A stretch of DNA of 64,000 nucleotides. Source: an uncultured Armatimonadetes bacterium. GTDB taxonomy: Bacteria > Armatimonadota > UBA5829 > DTJY01. Location of the stretch: contig OY970325.1 of assembly GCA_963717145.1 (NCBI GenBank), positions 480,001-544,000 on the forward strand, given 5' to 3'. How positions within the stretch are numbered: position 1 is the first letter of the stretch; every line of letters begins with the position of its first letter. A program made the translations under genes and the position numbers. A model generated the notes under the pieces. The model was given only the letters and a program-made list of their open reading frames with translations, was not told the origin of the DNA and searched no databases. Shown piece by piece: positions 56,889 through 64,000 of this stretch.

Positions 56889-56898
56889 CCCAGGACGG

Positions 56899-57888
56899 CT
56901 ACTTGGATGGTGGTTGGCGCAACAGCAGCTCCGCGATGTTGTTGTGACCCGCACGGCGTGTCAACTCCACAGTGGTGAAGCCCCGAGTCTTTACTGTTGG
57001 GTCTGCTCCCTGAGCGAGAAGATACTCCACCACAAGCCTATGGCCTTGCATCGCCGCCACCTGGAGGGCTGTGTACTGCGTGGACTCTCCGCCTTTGGAA
57101 TCGAGATCAGTGACCCTGGCTCGCAGGAATCTCACCATACTCAGGTTTCCGGACCTCGCAGCTTCCCTGAAGGCCTGTGCGTCTACATGTGCGCCATTCT
57201 TCGCTAGGAACTCAACAACCTCAAGATGGCCATTACGAGCGGCAAGGGACACAGGTGACCAATAGTTCTGCTGGGAATTGGCAGCCCGTGGATCACGTTC
57301 CACTTCGGCCCTCACCGCGTCCAAGTCGCCGAGTGCAGCGGCCTCGTGGATCTTTGACCCTGGTTTGACCCCAACCCTCTTCAACAGGCTGATGGCATCT
57401 CTTTGTCCACCTTCCACAGCAAGCATTATGGGCGTAAGCCCATGCTCGTCAGTGGCGTTGGGGTCTGCTCCTTTAGCCAACAGTAGGTTCATGACACAGA
57501 TATCCCCGCGCTCGGCCGCATAGTGAAGCGCCGTCAACTGACTCCAGTCCTTGTAGTTCACGTCTGCTCCCTTGCGAATCAGTAGTTCTGCGATTTTCGT
57601 ATGCTTCTGCTTGACTGATATTACCAGTACCGACTCCGGGAACCAGTTAAGTTCACCCTCTGTGATCTCTGCATTGGCTAGACTGGGGTAATGCTTCAGA
57701 AGTTGCTCTGCGGCCGCGTAGTCCCCAGTGTCAACGGCACGGATCATCGCACGCTCACGGGAAGTGTTTGCCCTGGAACACCCGCAGACGTTGGCAGCGA
57801 CTAATGCTACAATAGTTAAATATAGAATATGGGCACTACAGAAAGGCAGCTTCTCGGCGTTTCCCATGGTTTTGCCGTCCCTCTCCAT
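56899..57888 (-). CDS. Ankyrin-repeat protein, putative exported immunity to CT1
   Basis: TALHYAAERG, GADPN, TPIMLAV, TALQVAA repeats; hydrophobic N-terminus with VCGC lipobox-like motif. Confidence 0.85.
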   Translation of the reverse strand: MERDGKTMGNAEKLPFCSAHILYLTIVALVAANVCGCSRANTSRERAMIRAVDTGDYAAAEQLLKHYPSLANAEITEGELNWFPESVLVISVKQKHTKIAELLIRKGADVNYKDWSQLTALHYAAERGDICVMNLLLAKGADPNATDEHGLTPIMLAVEGGQRDAISLLKRVGVKPGSKIHEAAALGDLDAVRAEVERDPRAANSQQNYWSPVSLAARNGHLEVVEFLAKNGAHVDAQAFREAARSGNLSMVRFLRARVTDLDSKGGESTQYTALQVAAMQGHRLVVEYLLAQGADPTVKTRGFTTVELTRRAGHNNIAELLLRQPPSK

Positions 57889-57922
57889 TACCTGACACCA
57901 ACCGTACCAGGTGTTCTGGTCA

Positions 57923-59794
57923 TCACTTTGGCTTGGGTGGATCTAGGATCTCCCATTCTTTCTGGTGATCCATGCAGCACTGCACACACGACTTACCCTT
58001 CTCATCTGCACAGGCCATGCCGATATTGTTATTGTGCTTGTCCATCCGGCACTCTTCTCCTCTGCGGGGCTTTATGAACTCGGGTATCGGAAACTCGTAG
58101 ACACCATTCAGGTACGCGCGCACACCCGTCCCACCAACGCAATCGAATACGCCCCTGCAATCTCTCATCGTCCGGCAGGCTCGAACGCAGTGACCAAGCG
58201 CGTTCCTCTCGTTTCTTCCCTTATCGCCACTGTTATCAATCGCTATCCTATATTTATACAGATACTCTTCTGTCTCCGTGTAGCCCTTGTCCGATGCGCG
58301 CCGAGAGCACGTATGACAGGCCGCAAACCACCTAGCTGCAGCACATACCAATTCAGTAACGATCTCTCCCGAGGGATCAACCAAGGCCGTCGGTCGGTCC
58401 TGGACATAAGCGTAGTTAGAAGCTGTCAGTGCAGGCACGGGATCCCTCTGCGTGAAGCGCCCCGTCTCCGGGTCATAGAACCGCACCCCAAGCTGGAGGA
58501 GGTCGAGGTTGTCATCCTGGTAGTGGGTGTAGTACCCAAGCTGCCCGACGTACTGATACGGCTGCTCGGTCGAGCCGTAGATATGGTACGTGTTTCCCCA
58601 CGCGTCATACAAGTACACGTCGGTCATGTCGCCGGCGGCATCCGTGATCAGGTGGGTCGATCCCAACTCGTCGAAGTAGTAGTACAGGACCGGCGGTGTC
58701 CCAGTCGAGCCTTCGACCCGCGCGATCAACTCTCCTCCCGGCTCTCGGACGTAGTAGAACGAGCCGTCCGCCGGTGTGATCTCCTCGACGACCGCCGGTA
58801 TCCCCGCCGTCGTGTCATACACGAACTCGGTCGTCGCGTCGTCCTCTGAGCTTGTGAAGCTCACGCGGTTCGAGTCGGCATCCCAAGCCATCTCAGTGGG
58901 ATAGCTAGCCCCGACGTGGGTCACCGATTCGAGCAACTCTGCTGCCGTATACGTGTAGGTCTTCTGGAGGGTTCCGCCGCTGCTCTTCTGCTGATATAGG
59001 CTTCCGCTCGGGTAGTAGGTATACTGATGCTGAGTCGGCCACGTGACGAGCTTGTCGGTCGCATCATACGTCATCGGGTTCGACGGCGGATACTTCCGGT
59101 TCCCGACCCAGTCGTAGTTGTAGACCGTGCCGCTGGCGTTCGCCAGCCGGTTGTTCGCATCGTAGGTGTACGAACTCGTCGTGCCCCAGTCCAAGTCTAT
59201 GTAATTCGGATTCCCCGAGTCGTCTCTCTGCTGGTAGTCGACCTGGCTGATCGCAGTCGCGCCATCGTAGTGCGTGATCGCCTCTACAAATGAGCGAGGG
59301 TCGGTCGCCCCGAAGTCGTAAGTCGTACTCGTGCCGTTCACGAGATCGACTCGCGTGCGGTTGCCGATCTCGTCGTAGGTATACTTCGCAAGCCAACTGT
59401 TGCCCTTATCGACCTCCTTCAGCCAGCCGTTCGCGTAGTAGAGGTAGTCCACATCGAGCTTGGGGGTGCCGCTCTGCTTCAGGGTCATGTTCGTCTTCTG
59501 CCCGAGGGCGTTGTATACATACCCGATCTCGCGGTTCGACTGCGCTGCCGGTGTATAGGTCACAAGCCGGTCCTGGATGTCGTAGTCGTAGCCGGACTCA
59601 CCGGTGGAGTCGGTCATCGTGTCCCGAAGCCGGCTTCCGCCCACATATGCATACGTGACATCCGCAGTGGTGATGGTCCCAACAGGCCAGGAGCCATGCT
59701 CGTAATCAACCTTCCTGAGACGGTTCAGGGCGTCATACTCATACGCGGTGATCGGTCCACTTGTGCCCACTCGCTTCCCGATCAGGTTTCCGAC
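57923..59794 (-). pseudogene. Orphan Rhs core fragment plus CT1
   Basis: Homology starts at VGNLIGKRVGTSG right after the upstream stop codon; ...DPSG then unique CT. Confidence 0.85.
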
Positions 59795-59795
59795 C

Positions 59796-60236
59796 CTATT
59801 CTGGAGCTTCCGTCCTCTCAGCTTCGCCACTGGCAGGCAGAAGTTCTTTTCGCAAAGCAAGGCGACCACCTATCCAGCCTCCGGGTACGGCAGCCAACAT
59901 GCCTACAAGACATTGATATACCGCCAAGCGCCATAGGTATACCCCATCCGGTCGCAACCGGATGAAGAGCCCAGTCCACACAAGCAGCGGAACTGCAGCA
60001 TAGGCCCACCCATGCCGTGGCAGCCTCCTTCCCACAAACAATCCGACGGCCAAGCAGATAAGCGCATAGACTGCTATCTCTGCAGTCCGCGGAGGTCTCC
60101 AATAGTTAACAAAAGCCCAGCCTACCCCCACGTAGGCGCACGCGAAGAGGATTTCGCTCAGCATGAGAGTCAGGAATACTCGCCTTACCGTATTCCTTGC
60201 CGGTGCAGCCTCCGCTACCGTGATCATTGTTGCCAT
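59796..60236 (-). CDS. Four-TM protein, putative immunity to main Rhs-CT
   Basis: Downstream of the main Rhs; AGAGGAG RBS; hydrophobic helices. Confidence 0.65.
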   Translation of the reverse strand: MATMITVAEAAPARNTVRRVFLTLMLSEILFACAYVGVGWAFVNYWRPPRTAEIAVYALICLAVGLFVGRRLPRHGWAYAAVPLLVWTGLFIRLRPDGVYLWRLAVYQCLVGMLAAVPGGWIGGRLALRKELLPASGEAERTEAPE

Positions 60237-60387
60237 CTCTCCTCTTCCTGAATTGACCTATCATAGTCCATGCCAGGATGGCGCTATCCTTGTGGGGTAC
60301 CATCTGATTAGCCGCATGCGTTCCCAAGACCAGCCGCGATCTCTCTCCGCTAAACAGATGGATCGAAGAGAAACCATGTTACCTGCC

Positions 60388-63300
60388 CTAGTTACCACAA
60401 TGCTCGTGCTTTGGCTCCTTCACACACGCTCGGTATTCCTCCCCACAGGATTTCCTGTTGGCTTTCAGAGCTTTCTCATAGTCGTGCTTGGCACTCTTAA
60501 GACAGTCAGCTTCAGGGTCATAGCCCATGAGCTTGCAGGCTCTGTCAGCCCCCTTTGACCAGCTACCATCCGGCGGCAGCCACAACTCACCCTCCTTGGG
60601 CTTGATCTTGCTACACTCGCTCTGCAAGTCCTCCAGAAACCATTTTATCCACGGCCCGCATAGCGCCTTATCCAAATCATAGCCCAGCTTAGCAAGATCG
60701 CTACCGTTCTGGAGGCAACGCGCTTTATCCTTTCCACAGTGCTTCTTCCGCTCAACGCTGTTCGGCGGCCCTTGGTCTTTGCACCATGCATCCGGCGGCA
60801 TAAGCTCAAGGCCGGAAGGGTCCGTAGAAATGGTAGGCTGGTCATCGGTGTACGTATACCAGTTCATCCCATCTCTGGCCGGATCCCTCTGCGTGAACCT
60901 CCCCGTCTCCGGGTCGTAGAAGCGAACTCCGAGTTGTAGCAGGTCGAGGTTGTCATCCTGGTAGTGCGAGTAGTACCCAAGCCGCCCGACGTATTGGTAC
61001 GGCTGCTCGGTCGAGCCGTAGATATGGTACGTGTTTCCCCACGCGTCATACAGGTACACGTCGGTCATGTCGCCGGCGGCATCCGTGATCAGGTGGGTCG
61101 ATCCCAACTCATCGAAGTAGTAGTACAGAACGGGCGGCGCCTCGCCTGAGCCTTCGACCCGCGCGATCAACTCTCCTCCCGGTTCGCGCACGTAGTAGAA
61201 CGAGCCGTCCGCGGGTGTGACCTCCTCGACGACTGCCGGTATCCCCGCCGTCGTGTCATACACGAACTCGGTCGTCGAGTCGTCCTCCGAACTGGTGATG
61301 CTCACCCGGTTCGAGTCTCCATCCCAGGCCATCTCAGTGGGATAGCTAGCCCCGACGTGGGTCACCGATTCGAGCAACTCTGCTGCCGTATACGTGTAGG
61401 TCTTCTGGAGGGTTCCGCCGCTGCTCTTCTGCTGATATAGGCTTCCGCTCGGGTAGTAGGTATACTGATGCTGAGTCGGCCACGTGACGAGCTTGTCGGT
61501 CGCATCATACGTCATCGGGTTCGACGGCGGATACTTCCGGTTCCCGACCCAGTCGTAGTTGTAGACCGTGCCGCTGGCGTTCGCCAGCCGGTTGTTCGCA
61601 TCGTAGGTGTACGAACTCGTCGTGCCCCAGTCCAAGTCTATGTAATTCGGATTCCCCGAGTCGTCTCTCTGCTGGTAGTCGACCTGGCTGATCGCAGTCG
61701 CGCCATCGTAGTGCGTGATCGCCTCTACAAATGAGCGAGGGTCGGTCGCCCCGAAGTCGTAAGTCGTACTCGTGCCGTTCACGAGATCGACTCGCGTGCG
61801 GTTGCCGATCTCGTCGTAGGTATACTTCGCAAGCCAACTGTTGCCCTTATCGACCTCCTTCAGCCAGCCGTTCGCGTAGTAGAGGTAGTCCACATCGAGC
61901 TTGGGGGTGCCGCTCTGCTTCAGGGTCATGTTCGTCTTCTGCCCGAGGGCGTTGTATACATACCCGATCTCGCGGTTCGCGGGCGATGCAGGTGTATAGG
62001 TCACAAGCCGGTCCTGGATGTCGTAGTCGTAGCCGGACTCACCGGTGGAGTCGGTCATCGTGTCCCGAAGCCGGCTTCCGCCCACATATGCATACGTGAC
62101 ATCCGCAGTGGTGATGGTCCCAACAGGCCAGGAGCCATGCTCGTAATCAACCTTCCTGAGACGGTTCAGGGCGTCATACTCATACGCGGTGATCGGTCCA
62201 CTTGTGCCCACTCGCTTGCCGATCAGGTTTCCGACGTCATCGTACTCGAACAACTCGGATGCGAGGGCGTCCTGCCCCTGAGAAACTGCGGGATAGTCGA
62301 TCTGCACGACGCGGTCGTTCTTATCGTACGTGTACGTCGTCTCTCTCACCGTGCTGGAGTCGGAGCGAGTCTTGACCGTCGCCACGTTGCCAAAGTAATC
62401 GTAGGTGTATTCGACAAGCGGATAGGTCTCTGACTGGCCCGTCGTGCTCGTCCATACCTTGGTGACCCGCTTGGCGTCATCGTAGGCGTAGTAGGTGTAG
62501 CGCTCCTCCTCGTCCCTCGTGGAAGTCAGAGTGCAACAAGAGTAGTTCGATTGAGTGTAGACGGTCGGACTCCCACCCGACTTGGCATAGATCGTCTGAA
62601 GCTGCCGCCCCTGGGCGTCGTAGGTATTCCAGATGGTTCGACTGTCCGCATCGGTGGTGCTCAGCACGCGACCCATGACATCGTACTCCGTGTACTCCGG
62701 CGTGTCAACGTATGCGGGGGTCTGGAGGCTGCCGTCCCACCATCGGTAGGTCACCTCTGTCGGACCGGGTTCGAGGCGGGTGTCGTTCATGTAGTCATAC
62801 TTCTTGTAGTACGCGTACGATCCGTCGATGCCTTCGACGGTCTCCTGCGCGAGGAGGCCGATCTGATCGCCGGATGTGTGGTAGCTGTACGTCTTGAGGA
62901 CAGGATCCGTCGCCCAGTTGGCGTCATTGCTGTCCACCTGGATCTCATCTACCCGGTGGAGAGTATCATCATCCCGCACGTAGTGGGTGTAGTTGTCCCG
63001 CACGTTCTTGACGGTCATCGGCCAGAGCGTCATGCTCCCGTCATGCCAGTAGTACTCGTAGCTTTCCGTCGGGATGTCTTCGCCGACTTGCGGATAGGTG
63101 ACGGTGTCGACCGCGCCTGTGGCGTCATGGTACTCGTAAGTCGTCACCCGACCGAGCGCATCCACGACGGCGAAAGGCTTCCCGACCAGGTTTCTTCCGA
63201 TAACGAGGTCCGTATCCACCTCCGCCGAATCAGCGGTTGTCATCCCCTCGAACTCGGCGTCCGTTCCCTCCGGGACGTAGGTGCGGTAGGTCGTGGTGTT

Positions 63301-64000
63301 CCCCAGCGGATCCTCGACCTGCCACAGATAGGTCTTCTTTCCATTGCGCATGAAGAACCGGTATATGGTCGTTTGGTCGCTGTTGGTGCTCGGGCCCTTC
63401 CGCGTCACGGTGGTCACATTGGGGTCATTGGCATCGCCATACCAGTAGACGGTCACTATATCGGGATCCGCCGACTGATCGGTCACCGTGATAGTGTTCG
63501 CCTGGTCGTTGTATGCGTAGATCACCGTATGGCCGTTCTGTGTCACCGCGGTCAGACGCCCGGACGTATCATACTCGTATGAGGTCTGGGAGAGGAGCGT
63601 GGTGTGGGATGTGTCGTCGTAAAGCTTCACCGACAGAGGCTTCTCCGCCGCCCAGCCGCTCATAACATAGGTGATCTCAGTGTGCGTGCCGTCCGGGGCG
63701 GTGACACTGGTGATCTTGGTGTCGCCCGTAGCATGAGTGTATGTCCATGAGTCGTCGTTCGGGGTCTGGACGCCCTCCAGCGCGCCGTTCGCAGCGCGCG
63801 TGAATGTGGTAGTCCGACCATCGGCATCCTCCACCGAAGAAATGCTGGAAACATTCTGGTGCGGAGCGCCGTACTCTACCGTAGCGCCGGTCGAACCGGT
63901 CGAATCCGTCACAGTATAGCCGGTCGTCTGCCCTCCTGACTGGATGCGGGCCAGCTTCGCGGTGAAGCCAAGCTCTATCGGCTCTCCGCCGAAGATGGTC
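60388..64000 (-). CDS. Rhs/YD-repeat polymorphic toxin (5' end beyond the window)
   Basis: YD repeats, YYYFDELGS, RFYDPETGRFTQRDP, DPSG followed by variable CT; frame open to the window edge. Confidence 0.92.
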   Translation of the reverse strand, partial: TIFGGEPIELGFTAKLARIQSGGQTTGYTVTDSTGSTGATVEYGAPHQNVSSISSVEDADGRTTTFTRAANGALEGVQTPNDDSWTYTHATGDTKITSVTAPDGTHTEITYVMSGWAAEKPLSVKLYDDTSHTTLLSQTSYEYDTSGRLTAVTQNGHTVIYAYNDQANTITVTDQSADPDIVTVYWYGDANDPNVTTVTRKGPSTNSDQTTIYRFFMRNGKKTYLWQVEDPLGNTTTYRTYVPEGTDAEFEGMTTADSAEVDTDLVIGRNLVGKPFAVVDALGRVTTYEYHDATGAVDTVTYPQVGEDIPTESYEYYWHDGSMTLWPMTVKNVRDNYTHYVRDDDTLHRVDEIQVDSNDANWATDPVLKTYSYHTSGDQIGLLAQETVEGIDGSYAYYKKYDYMNDTRLEPGPTEVTYRWWDGSLQTPAYVDTPEYTEYDVMGRVLSTTDADSRTIWNTYDAQGRQLQTIYAKSGGSPTVYTQSNYSCCTLTSTRDEEERYTYYAYDDAKRVTKVWTSTTGQSETYPLVEYTYDYFGNVATVKTRSDSSTVRETTYTYDKNDRVVQIDYPAVSQGQDALASELFEYDDVGNLIGKRVGTSGPITAYEYDALNRLRKVDYEHGSWPVGTITTADVTYAYVGGSRLRDTMTDSTGESGYDYDIQDRLVTYTPASPANREIGYVYNALGQKTNMTLKQSGTPKLDVDYLYYANGWLKEVDKGNSWLAKYTYDEIGNRTRVDLVNGTSTTYDFGATDPRSFVEAITHYDGATAISQVDYQQRDDSGNPNYIDLDWGTTSSYTYDANNRLANASGTVYNYDWVGNRKYPPSNPMTYDATDKLVTWPTQHQYTYYPSGSLYQQKSSGGTLQKTYTYTAAELLESVTHVGASYPTEMAWDGDSNRVSITSSEDDSTTEFVYDTTAGIPAVVEEVTPADGSFYYVREPGGELIARVEGSGEAPPVLYYYFDELGSTHLITDAAGDMTDVYLYDAWGNTYHIYGSTEQPYQYVGRLGYYSHYQDDNLDLLQLGVRFYDPETGRFTQRDPARDGMNWYTYTDDQPTISTDPSGLELMPPDAWCKDQGPPNSVERKKHCGKDKARCLQNGSDLAKLGYDLDKALCGPWIKWFLEDLQSECSKIKPKEGELWLPPDGSWSKGADRACKLMGYDPEADCLKSAKHDYEKALKANRKSCGEEYRACVKEPKHEHCGN

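Noticed and set aside
59795-59869. Real N-terminus for orphan Rhs 1 (MVALLCEK...)
   Set aside because: It overlaps the upstream immunity gene out of frame; Rhs homology begins only at about 59794.

Overview
GC-rich bacterial window. Taxonomy is inferred only loosely; PEP-CTERM, GHL10 and many secreted carbohydrate enzymes fit an Armatimonadota/PVC-like diderm. From left to right: (1) a sigma54-promoter PEP-CTERM gene. (2) An uncharacterised 220-aa gene (1194-1856) flanked by ATGGTTG heptamer tracts, with a 21/43-bp tandem array upstream. (3) An R-M-like operon: GHKL-ATPase/histidine-kinase fusion, response regulator, unknown protein and N6-adenine MTase. (4) A DUF2589 / M15-peptidase cassette bounded by a duplicated 3' end of the neighbouring GH31 gene. 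(5) About 24 kb of secreted and carbohydrate-active genes, including a diheme cytochrome c peroxidase with four metallothionein-like 9-Cys repeats. (6) A second defence operon (MORC/MutL ATPase, Z1, PD-(D/E)XK, Dcm, Vsr), then another 21-bp array and a paralog of the 220-aa gene. (7) A pho/pst locus with arsC inside the pst operon. (8) An Rhs toxin locus with two orphan core+CT/immunity modules. At least six different REP-like repeat families occur, and two are inserted in-frame in proteins. Three apparent +1 frameshifts may be assembly errors. No tRNA, rRNA, CRISPR array, integrase or transposase was recognised. All family calls come from motif recognition by eye, not database searches.
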